The notes beneath the pieces were generated by a model. The model had not been told where the DNA came from and did not search any database. It saw nothing but the letters and a program-made list of their open reading frames with translations. Below, piece after piece: positions 30,352 through 39,661 of a DNA stretch of 64,000 nt. Position 1 is the stretch's first letter. Every line of letters begins with the position of its first letter. The translations under genes and the position numbers were made by a program. This stretch comes from Candidatus Saccharimonadia bacterium (GTDB lineage: Bacteria > Patescibacteriota > SICC01): assembly GCA_025449535.1 (NCBI GenBank), contig JANWJF010000001.1:421136-485135 (forward strand). The letters are read 5' to 3'.

Positions 30352-30983
30352 GTGCCCCCTCCGACGTCTCCGGCGAACCGCTTAGCCTGGAGCGTGATCG
30401 CGTAGACGTACCAGTCAGCATGATTATACGAGTAGATGCCGTCACGCCAATTCTTAGGGGCCCCGCCGGATATGAGATGGTTGGCGGCGGCGCAGGCGCC
30501 GTTCTCGACTGAGTAGGCGGGCCAGCTCTTTGATCCCGGCTCGTTACAACCGACGACGAAGGCCTCCCAGCTGCTCTGCAGGAACTGCCACGGTCCGCCG
30601 GCGCCGGAGCTGTTGACCGTGCTGTACCCCGTATCGGCGAACCCCGACTCGATACTATGGATGCCGGCCAGGATGGAAGGCCCGCAGCCGCCCAGCTTCT
30701 TCTTTTCGGAAACGGTACTGTAAATGGGAATGAATTTCTGAGGGACCTTTTCGGTATGCCCGGACACGTACGCGGTGCCTTCCGCCTTGCCAGCCGCGGC
30801 GTCCGAGAGAATCTGGTCGAAATCACAGTCCCCGGAGAGTGACCCACCTCCGGCGGCCGGGGCAGTGCCGCCTGCCCCGCCCAGCGCCGCCGCCATGAAC
30901 AGGACCGGCACCATCAGTACCGCCGCGGCGACCACCGCGCTCCCCACGATCAGCAAGGGCATCCCGCTGGATGACTGCGCCAC
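30348..30983 (-). CDS. Membrane-anchored lytic transglycosylase (VirB1-like)
   Basis: LAGIHSIESGF, SSGAGGPWQFLQSSW, AAANHL, IYSYNHADWYV. Confidence 0.8.
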   Translation of the reverse strand: MAQSSSGMPLLIVGSAVVAAAVLMVPVLFMAAALGGAGGTAPAAGGGSLSGDCDFDQILSDAAAGKAEGTAYVSGHTEKVPQKFIPIYSTVSEKKKLGGCGPSILAGIHSIESGFADTGYSTVNSSGAGGPWQFLQSSWEAFVVGCNEPGSKSWPAYSVENGACAAANHLISGGAPKNWRDGIYSYNHADWYVYAITLQAKRFAGDVGGGT

Positions 30984-30984
30984 G

Positions 30985-33021
30985 TTAGTTCCCTTCCGGC
31001 CGGAGGCCTGCGTTCTCAAGCTCCTCGAGCTGCTGCGGGTTGGTGGTGATGATCTGGTCCTCGGCGTAGCTCGCCAGGACCTTGATTGCCACGTGGTTCA
31101 GTCCGGCGAAGAACAAGCCCTCGCCGACCTCGCTCTCCAGGAGCAGCATCTTCTCGCCCTCGGTGAGGTTGAAGGTGTCGGCCACCAGGTCGATCGAGGC
31201 CGGGGACTGCCGGAGCAGCATCTGCATCGAGCTGTTGGTGACGATCGCCTTGCCGTAACTGGAGTTCAGGAAGTCCTCGACGTCCTGGGTGACGGTCGTC
31301 AGGCCGAGGTAGTACTTCCGGGCCCGCTTGGCCAGCGAGAACAGGAACTTGGCCGAGTCCTCGTGACCCATCATCTGCCAGGCCTCGTCGATCACCATCA
31401 GGCGTTTCTTGCGGTCCTTCCGGATCAGGTTCCAGATGTGATTGAGGATCATGTACATCGCGATCGGGCGGAGAGTGTCCTCCAGGTCGCGGATCGAGAA
31501 GGTCAGGAAGTGGTTGTCCAGCGAGACGTTCGACGGCTTGTTGAGCAATCCGGAGAACGAGCCAGTGACGTACTTCTGGAGCTTGGCCGCGACTCCCTCG
31601 GCGCCCTGCATGTTGTTGAGCACCTCGTGGAAGTCGGTCAGCGTCGGCGGCTGGTTCTTGTGGGTGGTCACGTCCGTGGTGATGTCACGCAGCGCGTACG
31701 TCTCCATCAGCGCGCGGTCGACCAGCGCGTCCTGCTCGGGGGCGAGCGAGCCGCACATCAGGGCCACCAAACCGTGCAGGTTGGTGATCGCGCTACGCAG
31801 GATCGCCTCGCCGTCCGTCTCGTCGCCGATGGCCGGCGGCAGGTCGAACGGGTTGATGTTGTGTTCCGAGCTCAGCGAGACGTTCACGTACCGGCCCCCG
31901 ACCGCGGCGGTCAGCGCCTGGTATTCATTCTCGGGGTCGATCACGATCGCCTCGGTGCCGAACATCAGCGAACGCAGCAGCTCCAGCTTCACGGCGTAGG
32001 ACTTGCCGCCGCCGGACTTGGCGAACATCACCATGTTGGCGTTCTCCAGCGTGAACCGGTCGAAGAGGATCAAGCCGTTGTTGTGCCGGTTGATGCCGTA
32101 GAGGATGCCGTCCGACTGGGTCAGCTCGGAGCTGGTGAACGGGAACGTGGTCGAGAGCGACTCGGTGTCCATGTTCCGGGTCACCCGGAGCTCGTCCGTA
32201 CCAGCGGGCAGCGAGCTGTTGAAGCCCTGCTCCATCTGGAGGTTGGCGTACTTGGTGAAGACGAGCTTCCCGTTCAGCGTCGACTCGAGCTGCTTGGTCA
32301 GCTTGTCCAGTTCGTCCTTCGACTTCGCGTACAACGTGAAGTAGAGGGCGTACTGGAAGAACTTCTCCTCACCGCGCTGCAGCCGGTCCCGCAGCTCCTC
32401 GGCGTCGCCGAGCGCGGTCTCCAGTTCCGGATCGCGGACCTTGCCCTTCTCGCGGTTGAGCTGCCAGGCGGATTCCATCTGGCCGACCTTCTTCCGGAGG
32501 TTCTGCATGACCTCCTTGGTCTCGACCGGGTAGATGAACATCGAGACGTCCATCGTCACGTCGTAGTTGATGATCGGGTTCAGCCAGTTCGTGTTGATGT
32601 AGCGCGGGTAGGTGAAGACGAACAGCGTCCGCACGAAGTAGTCCTCCAGCTTGAGGTAGTTGAAGGTAATCTCCATCGCGGCCGGCGCGATCAGGTCCTT
32701 GATCGTCGAGATGCCTTCCTCGTAGACGCGCTTGGCCTCCTCGAACTGCTTGGTCTGCACCTGCTGCTGGGAACGCTCCTCCGTGCCTTGCTTGTTCGAG
32801 CGCCAGGCGAAGAACTTCTCCAGGAACCCTTGCTTTGGCATGGCGACGGTCTGGGCTTGGGGCTGGACCTGTCCGATCGGCTGGGAGCCTTCGTACGAAC
32901 CTTCGCCGATCGTCGGGGCCTGGGGCGCGGCCGGCTGCGGTCCGGCCGGTGCCGGCGCGCCTTGCGGCGTCATCGGGTCCATCCCGCCCTGCGGTTGTCC
33001 TTGCGGATAGGCGTCAGGCAT
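30985..33021 (-). CDS. virB4: VirB4/ConE-like T4SS ATPase
   Basis: GILYGIN, FAKSGGGKS (Walker A), IDPENEY, INPFD, IDEAW (Walker B), RARKY..TQD. Confidence 0.92.
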   Translation of the reverse strand: MPDAYPQGQPQGGMDPMTPQGAPAPAGPQPAAPQAPTIGEGSYEGSQPIGQVQPQAQTVAMPKQGFLEKFFAWRSNKQGTEERSQQQVQTKQFEEAKRVYEEGISTIKDLIAPAAMEITFNYLKLEDYFVRTLFVFTYPRYINTNWLNPIINYDVTMDVSMFIYPVETKEVMQNLRKKVGQMESAWQLNREKGKVRDPELETALGDAEELRDRLQRGEEKFFQYALYFTLYAKSKDELDKLTKQLESTLNGKLVFTKYANLQMEQGFNSSLPAGTDELRVTRNMDTESLSTTFPFTSSELTQSDGILYGINRHNNGLILFDRFTLENANMVMFAKSGGGKSYAVKLELLRSLMFGTEAIVIDPENEYQALTAAVGGRYVNVSLSSEHNINPFDLPPAIGDETDGEAILRSAITNLHGLVALMCGSLAPEQDALVDRALMETYALRDITTDVTTHKNQPPTLTDFHEVLNNMQGAEGVAAKLQKYVTGSFSGLLNKPSNVSLDNHFLTFSIRDLEDTLRPIAMYMILNHIWNLIRKDRKKRLMVIDEAWQMMGHEDSAKFLFSLAKRARKYYLGLTTVTQDVEDFLNSSYGKAIVTNSSMQMLLRQSPASIDLVADTFNLTEGEKMLLLESEVGEGLFFAGLNHVAIKVLASYAEDQIITTNPQQLEELENAGLRPEGN

Positions 33022-33751
33022 CCTGTCCTCCCTGGGTTTCGGGCTCCTTGCCCGAGATGGTCGCCGCGGTCAGATCGTCGACGTTCACGAGCTTCTGCTT
33101 GGTGGCTGTCTGGGGGTTGTAGACGCTGTAGAAGAGCTCGACCAGTTCCTCCGAGTTGAGCTGGACCGCCCGGACCCCGATCGCGCCGAGCCCGGACGCG
33201 GCCCCTTCTGCGCGCTGCAGGAGCTGGCCGCGGAAGTTCTGGAAGTCCGCCTCGCGTTTGGCTGACTCGGCCTTGGGGTTCGGTTTGGTGGCGAACAACG
33301 ACTTGATGCCCTTCACCTGTTGCTCGACCCCAGGCGGGTAGAATGGCACCACCACATAGAACCGCTTGTCCATGATGTTGGTGACGGAGATCAGCCGCTT
33401 GATGAACTCGCCGTATTCGAGGGTCTGGAGCTTCACCAGTTCCAGTGTCTGGGATTCCGCGCGTTTGCTGAGCTTATCGAGGTAGTAATCCAGGTCCAGC
33501 CGTCGGGAGTGGATCAGGATCTGGATCGGGAAGTTCAGGGAGTTGAGGAACCGCTGGTAGGCGAAGATCATCGCGTCCTGTTCCTCTCCCGACTTCAGGG
33601 CGAAGTTCACGGCGCTGGTCATCAGCACGACCCGGAGCGAGCCGTCCTTGAGCACCACCACGCCGTCCTTGATCTCGGCGATATTCAGGTAGGCCTGCGT
33701 GGACGCAGCCTCCTGCTTCCTCTGCTGTTCCTGTTGTTTCTTGTCCGCCAT
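33014..33751 (-). CDS. T4SS-associated protein (VirB4 N-terminal/TraC-like)
   Basis: STQAYL.IAEIKDGVVVLKDG, VNFALKS.EEQ, FLNSL.FP.QI; sits between prgI and virB4. Confidence 0.75.
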   Translation of the reverse strand: MADKKQQEQQRKQEAASTQAYLNIAEIKDGVVVLKDGSLRVVLMTSAVNFALKSGEEQDAMIFAYQRFLNSLNFPIQILIHSRRLDLDYYLDKLSKRAESQTLELVKLQTLEYGEFIKRLISVTNIMDKRFYVVVPFYPPGVEQQVKGIKSLFATKPNPKAESAKREADFQNFRGQLLQRAEGAASGLGAIGVRAVQLNSEELVELFYSVYNPQTATKQKLVNVDDLTAATISGKEPETQGGQDA

Positions 33752-33752
33752 G

Positions 33753-34382
33753 TCAGGCTCCCTGGGTCCGTTGCGGTTGCCGTTCGGATCCCTTGAGCAC
33801 CCGGTCAAGGTTGGCGCTGGCCCGGTCCGAACCGGTACCGGTGTCCTCCCGGGCGAGGATGTCCGCCGGCTCTTCCTCGTGGGCCATGAAGATGTTCAGG
33901 TGGGGTTTGGCCTGGGCGTCGCTGGTGACCCGCCCGGCCGTCTCCGGGTCGTCCTCATCGCTCCAGCCGCGGGCGTCGATCACGTGCGCCAGCTTGGCGA
34001 GCTTCGAACGGACCTCGTCGTCGCTGGGTTCGTCACGGACCACCTTCGGCGGCGCCTGGCGGTCTTCCAGCTTGATCTCGGCCAGCGTCGGCAGGCGCTT
34101 CCAGGCCCGCCGGGAAGGGCGGGTGGAGAAGCTCACGAACGAGGTGATGAACTTCAAGAACGGTTGGTCATACGGCTTTATGAACACGAACGCGGTCACG
34201 AACGTCCAGGTGAAGAAGGCGGTCACGAAGAAGGCCGCCTGGGAGACGGTGTAGACCGTGTTGAAGCTTACGAACGTGACCAAGCCGCCAGCCAGCAGGT
34301 AGAGGAACTGCTTGAGCGTGAACGGCCCGATGATCTTGTCCTCGAGCTCGACGTTCTGCGGGATCTTGTAGCTGGAAGCCAT
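33753..34382 (-). CDS. PrgI family (VirB3-like) protein
   Basis: YKIPQNVELEDKIIGPFTLKQF followed by two TMs. Confidence 0.88.
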   Translation of the reverse strand: MASSYKIPQNVELEDKIIGPFTLKQFLYLLAGGLVTFVSFNTVYTVSQAAFFVTAFFTWTFVTAFVFIKPYDQPFLKFITSFVSFSTRPSRRAWKRLPTLAEIKLEDRQAPPKVVRDEPSDDEVRSKLAKLAHVIDARGWSDEDDPETAGRVTSDAQAKPHLNIFMAHEEEPADILAREDTGTGSDRASANLDRVLKGSERQPQRTQGA

Positions 34383-34429
34383 GTTCTGTGTGTATGATTC
34401 CCGCGGTTAGTACCCGCGAAAATTAACCA

Positions 34430-34458
34430 ATAGTAACACTTTTTTAGCCAAATGTCAA
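34430..34458 (-). promoter_or_regulatory. Sigma70-type promoter for the prgI-virB4 operon
   Basis: TTGACA-N17-TACTAT with TG extension. Confidence 0.7.
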
Positions 34459-34461
34459 CGC

Positions 34462-36906
34462 CTAGAGGCCCAACTGGGTGCGCAGGTGGTCCAGCTCGCT
34501 GTCGACCTCGTCGTAGGCCTGCGGCCCGCCGGCAAGCGGCACGAAGCCCTCGCGTTTGCCTTCCTTCATGCCCTGCAGGATGCGCAGGCGTTGCAGGCCG
34601 CCCTGCTGGTCGAAGGTGGACGCGATGGCCAGGCGCTTCGACTCCACCGCCACGTTCCGGTGGTTGAGGTTCATGTTCTGGCCCAGCGCCGTGGCGTTGG
34701 CCTGGTCACGCAGGGCTTGCCGCCAGACCTGCTGCCCGGCTCCTCCGGCGTCTATCGCGTGCAGCGGCGCCCCGTTCCGGGCATACTCCATCGAGCTGGC
34801 CATGATCTTGCGCATGCCGTCGCCGTCGCGGTTCTTCACGGCGATGCCCAGCTCGGTCCGGTCGAAGTCGCCGGCCTGGAGCGTGCCGCCGCGGTAGCTC
34901 TTCTTGACGCTGGCCAGGAGCGGATCGAGGTCAGCCATGTTCTTGTGGTAACCGGTGCGGGCGTACTTGGGCAGCATCTCCCAGTCGAACCAGCCCTGTT
35001 GGGACAGGCCTTTCACGGCGGCCAACGACCCGGTCCGGCTCTCCGCGAACCCTTGCTCGAGCGAGCTCAGCCGCAACGGTTCGCCGTCGAGCTCGGTCTT
35101 GCCCATGTCGGCGGCCACGATCCGGCGCATGGCGCCTTCGTCGATGCCCTGGTTCTGCATGTCCTTGAGTTCCTTGTCGACCAGCCGCTCACGGAATGAC
35201 TGGGCCTGGGTGGAGTCGAATCCGGTCAGCGAGCGTCCGACCCCGGCCACGCCGGCGTCCTCCAGCGCCTCGTAGAGGTCCGTACCGGCGCCCGCGGCGC
35301 GCAGCTGGGCCCGTTCTTCCTGACCTTCGGTGCGCTGCTTCAGGAAGGCGCGTCCGGTCCGGGCAGCCTCACCGACGGTCATGCCGCGGCCCAGCGGGAC
35401 CAGGCCGACCGCGCCGAGCCCGCCCTTACCGGCGCCTTTGCCGAGACGCGAGCCTTGCCGGCCGGCGAGCTGGGCGATTCGTCCGCCCATGCCGATGGGC
35501 ACCATCACTGCAGCGATGACGATGCCGGCGAAGAAGATCGCCTGCAGGATCGCGGAGCCGCCCGGGTCCCCGGTATCGGAACCTTCCAGGGTGGACCGCA
35601 GCATCAGCGAACCCGCGAAGAGTAGCAACATCGCGATCGGGGCCATGTAGACCCACTGGATCCAGTTCTTGAGCAGGTTGCGCGACTCACCCCGGGTCAG
35701 CGGTAGCACCAGGAACAGGAAGACCACCGGCGAGAGGATCGCCAGGACCCAGATCACGATGATCCGGACGACCAGGAAGAAGAGCAGGATGATCAGCGCG
35801 ACCAGGATGATCAGCGAGGCGAGCAGCAGCACTACCGCCTCGCCGAACCCGTCGACGAGCCCGTCCGAGTAGCCCGACCCGACCCCGGCCGCCTGTTGGA
35901 TGAAGTCATGAGACCGCTCCAGGAACGGTTGGCTGAGCACGGCGGCGGTGTTCGCCATGATGCTCGCGAACAGGAAGCTGAAGTTCACGCCGATCACCGA
36001 GAACACCAGCAGTGGCAGCAACGAGCGGATGTTGTACTTCTGCGGCTCCAACCGGAGGATCGACATGAAGGCCATCGTCGAGAGGACCAGGATGAACAGG
36101 ACGTTCACCAGGTCGCGGACCACCATCCAGACGTCGGCCACGCCTTGGTTGTCCATCAGCGTCCCGGCGTCCAGGGCCCATTCCACCGCCGAGGTCACGC
36201 TGCCGATCAGGCTGGTGATGATCTCGGCCATCTTCTCCAGCGCTTGCGAGAACGGGTCGCTGGCCGCCCGGTCGATCAGGCTGCTCTGGTTGGTGCTCGT
36301 CTGCACGTGTTCGCCCTTCTCGGCCCACTGCAAACCCTTGTCGTTGAGCAACTTGTCCAAGAAGTCCTTCGCGAACTCGGAACTGTCGAAGCTGTTCAGC
36401 TGGGCCACCAGGTTGTCGGGGACGGCGGCGTCGCCCGGGTCGCCCCAGACCAGCGCCGCGATCTTGGCGCCGTCGGTATTGATCCGGTAGATGACCTTCA
36501 GCGGCGTCTGGATTGGCGTGTCGCCGCGGTACGGCGAGAACGTGAAGTCCCAGTTGTCGAGACCGGTGCCCCGGTCCTCGTGGTGGACCGCCGTCAGCCG
36601 GAACTCGACCGCGCCCGGCGTGCCGGCGGTGCAGGTGGAGACGGTCTGCTCGCAGACGAAGACTGAGACCTTGTCGGGGTCCGCCTTGGTAGGGTCCTTC
36701 GGCGGCGGCGAAGGCCGCCAAGCGAACTTAGGCGCGTCGTTCCCGTCGATCTTGAAAGCCTCCCGCACATCGTCGGGTCCCTGGAATCCGTTCACTTGTG
36801 CCGCGCTGACCGCCTCGGCCTGCGGTGCGATGGCGAAGGATGCCGTCATGGCCAGGACGGCCAGTCCGGATTTCAATAATGTGAGTAAACGGTTCCGTTC
36901 GATCAT
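34462..36906 (-). CDS. VirB6/TrbL-like polytopic T4SS protein, copy 1
   Basis: Signal peptide and extracellular domain; core W..VRDLVN..FIL, NFS, VRIIVIW..ILSP..F; long cytoplasmic tail. Confidence 0.75.
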   Translation of the reverse strand: MIERNRLLTLLKSGLAVLAMTASFAIAPQAEAVSAAQVNGFQGPDDVREAFKIDGNDAPKFAWRPSPPPKDPTKADPDKVSVFVCEQTVSTCTAGTPGAVEFRLTAVHHEDRGTGLDNWDFTFSPYRGDTPIQTPLKVIYRINTDGAKIAALVWGDPGDAAVPDNLVAQLNSFDSSEFAKDFLDKLLNDKGLQWAEKGEHVQTSTNQSSLIDRAASDPFSQALEKMAEIITSLIGSVTSAVEWALDAGTLMDNQGVADVWMVVRDLVNVLFILVLSTMAFMSILRLEPQKYNIRSLLPLLVFSVIGVNFSFLFASIMANTAAVLSQPFLERSHDFIQQAAGVGSGYSDGLVDGFGEAVVLLLASLIILVALIILLFFLVVRIIVIWVLAILSPVVFLFLVLPLTRGESRNLLKNWIQWVYMAPIAMLLLFAGSLMLRSTLEGSDTGDPGGSAILQAIFFAGIVIAAVMVPIGMGGRIAQLAGRQGSRLGKGAGKGGLGAVGLVPLGRGMTVGEAARTGRAFLKQRTEGQEERAQLRAAGAGTDLYEALEDAGVAGVGRSLTGFDSTQAQSFRERLVDKELKDMQNQGIDEGAMRRIVAADMGKTELDGEPLRLSSLEQGFAESRTGSLAAVKGLSQQGWFDWEMLPKYARTGYHKNMADLDPLLASVKKSYRGGTLQAGDFDRTELGIAVKNRDGDGMRKIMASSMEYARNGAPLHAIDAGGAGQQVWRQALRDQANATALGQNMNLNHRNVAVESKRLAIASTFDQQGGLQRLRILQGMKEGKREGFVPLAGGPQAYDEVDSELDHLRTQLGL

Positions 36907-37021
36907 TTTCGTGCAGTGCTCATTGGATTGATTACGCCTCTTCGGTGCGGTCACGCAGTTTGAAAAGGAACGCCCCCTGCGTCCTTTCCGCGTGCGCCCC
37001 CGAACACCCAAAAAGCGCTCA

Positions 37022-37050
37022 ATTATGACCTAATTGAGCGGACAGGTCAA
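37022..37050 (-). promoter_or_regulatory. Sigma70-type promoter upstream of VirB6-like copy 1
   Basis: TTGACC-N17-CATAAT, leaving a ~110 nt 5' leader. Confidence 0.55.
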
Positions 37051-37066
37051 GTGGGGGGTCGATTTG

Positions 37067-39661
37067 TCAGATACCCCGTATGTCGTCCGAATCCGGTGCG
37101 TCTTTGGTTCGACGGCCTTCCGGAAGGACGACGCCGCCCGAGCTGGTTCCCGAAGTTCTCGACCCTCCTGTCCCACTGCCGCTTCCGCCGCCAGAGCCTC
37201 TGGAGGAGTAGTCTTCTCCGGCGTGAGACGGATTGGCAATCAGCGTATCCCACATCGGTCCGTGCTTGTCGCTTAGGCTATCAATAGTTTTTGTGGGGAT
37301 CTTGCCGTTGTCGTAAGCTTTTCGCAACGCTTGGACACGCGCCGGTGAATTTTGCTCCAATATACCTTCCACGGCACCGACGGACAGGTTGTCCCGTAAG
37401 AGATTAGCTCGATTCGGATCTTTCGTAGTGGCCAAGTCAGTAAGGACTTCCGGGCTGAATTGCGTGACGTTTCTGCTGCCAAGGTCCTGAATTTCGCGCT
37501 GTTGCGCTGCCAGCGGTTTCTTAGCGAAGTTGGCGGTCTCGTTGGCCAACTGCTCACCCTTGCGCCGTTCCGCGAAGGCGCCGGTGCGGATGTCGTGAGC
37601 GAGTCCCAGGGTGTCGTGCATCTTCGAGTTCGGTTGGAATTGCCCCTGCATCCGTTCCAGTTCGTCGGTGTCGAACTGATCGGCGTAAAGCTGAGCTTCC
37701 TTTTCCTGGGCGGTGCTCATCTGTGCAGCGGCCTCAGCCCCGGCTTCGCCGCCAAGCCGGCCGCCGGTAGCCGCGGACAAGCGCTTGTTGAACCCGGACC
37801 GGATACCGGCGCCGCGCAACGCCTGTTTGCGCTCGGCGCGCTGCTTGCGCTGATCGTTGGCGGCGGCCAGTCCGGATTTGCGAGCAGCTACCCCACCGAG
37901 TCCCTTGCCGGCTCCGAGTCCGGTCCGACCGGTCTTCTTCGCCGCACTGGCGGCCCGTCCCATCACTTCGCCGCCGAGTTTCAGCGGAATCATCACCGCG
38001 GCGATCAAGGCGCCGACGAAAAAGGCGATCTTAAGCAGGAAGTCTGGCCCGTTGATGTCTTGGTTTTTCGATCCGACGTTTGAAACAATCTCCGCCGCGA
38101 CAAACAGCAGCATGAACGCGACGGGAGCCATGAAGATCCACTTCATCGCGTTCTTCCACCATGATGACGCCAAGGAGCGTGTAAAAGGGAGGATCATGAA
38201 CAGGAAGACAAACGGCGAGAGCGCGGTGAGCAGCCAGATCATCAGTATCCGGACGACGAGGAAGATGAACAGAATCAGCATCGCGATGGCGACCACGATT
38301 ACCATGAGGACGGCGATGACGACCTGCCCGATGCCGGACTGGGGATCGATGATGCTGCCGTCCACCGGTGGGTTCGCCAACAGGCCGAACGCCTTTGACG
38401 CGAACGGCTGTGCGATGATGAAAGCGACGTTGGTCAGGATCTGCACCAGCACGAAGCTGAAGTTCACCGCGATTACCCCGAAGATCAGGCGCGGGAGCAA
38501 GGCCCTGATCCCGTAGCGGTCGGTATCGATGCGCAGGATGTTCGACAGGGCGACTATGCAGAGAATCAGAATGAATATTACGTTTACGAAGTCACGGATG
38601 GTCTTCCACGCTTCGACCAGGCCCTGGTTGTCGGTGAGGGTCCCGACGTCGGTCACGTTCAGCAGGGCACGTTTCACGAAGTCGAAGAAGTCACTGATCG
38701 CGACCTTCAACGCTTCCAAGGCCTTTTGCATGGCCTGCGCGAAGAAGTCGTGGTCGCTAGTGCAGCGGTTGATGCCATTGAACTTCTCGGCGACTTCGTC
38801 AATCGTCTCCTGGTCATCCGCCTGGTCGGTCAGTTCCACCCCGTTGAAGTACTTTTCCTCGTCGAGGCCGCCCGACCATTCGATGTCCGAAGCCCAGGCA
38901 TCTTCCGCGAACGTGCCGGCGCAACTCGCCGTGAACGAGAAGTGCATCTCGTCGGAGCCGAACGCATCGTTGCCGGAAGAGAACCGACCATTGTTCGCCT
39001 TGAGCGAGACGTTGAGCGCCGGGTTGAATTCGTTCCGGAAGACATAAATGATGTTCTCGTCGTTACCGCCGCCGCCGAATGGCGTGTTCTCCTGGACGTC
39101 GCCGGTGGAGTTGTTGTGGATGTCGGTCAGCACGAACCGGACCAGGTGGACGTCGTCGTGACCGACCGCGGTCCCCTCACCGTTCGGGTTGTGAATCAGG
39201 TGCTTGCTGTGGACGTAAAAGTACGGGTTGCCGTCGTACTTCGAACCGATGGAGGCGTTCCCGCGTGCCCGGAAGTCGGAAGGTTCGCCATCCTGCCCGG
39301 CGTTGATATCCAGCTTGCTGATTCCGCCGGGGTCGCCCTCGTTCGACTCACCGAAGAACGCGAGTTGAGCTTCCTTCCGGCTCCCGATCGCGTTCATCGC
39401 CCGCTTGACCCCTTCCCAACGCTCCTGTTCCTTGTTGTCTTCCTGTATCTGATCCGTCTCGTCCCCGATCATCGCGAAGCACTCCTCCTCTTCGGGAGTC
39501 AGTTCCACAGGTGGGAGGTGTTGCATGTCCTCAAAAGGGTACTTGTCCTTGCACTCCTGGAGGGTAATCGCGTATGCCGGCTGGATGGCCGGGCCGACCA
39601 TGGTCGCGAGGAAGGCGGCGGCCAGGAAAGTGGAAATCAACCGCTTGATCCGCTTGTTCAT
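37067..39661 (-). CDS. VirB6/TrbL-like polytopic T4SS protein, copy 2
   Basis: Same TM core (WKTIRDFVNVIFIL, VNFS, VRILMIWLL..LSPF) with different N- and C-terminal regions. Confidence 0.75.
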   Translation of the reverse strand: MNKRIKRLISTFLAAAFLATMVGPAIQPAYAITLQECKDKYPFEDMQHLPPVELTPEEEECFAMIGDETDQIQEDNKEQERWEGVKRAMNAIGSRKEAQLAFFGESNEGDPGGISKLDINAGQDGEPSDFRARGNASIGSKYDGNPYFYVHSKHLIHNPNGEGTAVGHDDVHLVRFVLTDIHNNSTGDVQENTPFGGGGNDENIIYVFRNEFNPALNVSLKANNGRFSSGNDAFGSDEMHFSFTASCAGTFAEDAWASDIEWSGGLDEEKYFNGVELTDQADDQETIDEVAEKFNGINRCTSDHDFFAQAMQKALEALKVAISDFFDFVKRALLNVTDVGTLTDNQGLVEAWKTIRDFVNVIFILILCIVALSNILRIDTDRYGIRALLPRLIFGVIAVNFSFVLVQILTNVAFIIAQPFASKAFGLLANPPVDGSIIDPQSGIGQVVIAVLMVIVVAIAMLILFIFLVVRILMIWLLTALSPFVFLFMILPFTRSLASSWWKNAMKWIFMAPVAFMLLFVAAEIVSNVGSKNQDINGPDFLLKIAFFVGALIAAVMIPLKLGGEVMGRAASAAKKTGRTGLGAGKGLGGVAARKSGLAAANDQRKQRAERKQALRGAGIRSGFNKRLSAATGGRLGGEAGAEAAAQMSTAQEKEAQLYADQFDTDELERMQGQFQPNSKMHDTLGLAHDIRTGAFAERRKGEQLANETANFAKKPLAAQQREIQDLGSRNVTQFSPEVLTDLATTKDPNRANLLRDNLSVGAVEGILEQNSPARVQALRKAYDNGKIPTKTIDSLSDKHGPMWDTLIANPSHAGEDYSSRGSGGGSGSGTGGSRTSGTSSGGVVLPEGRRTKDAPDSDDIRGI

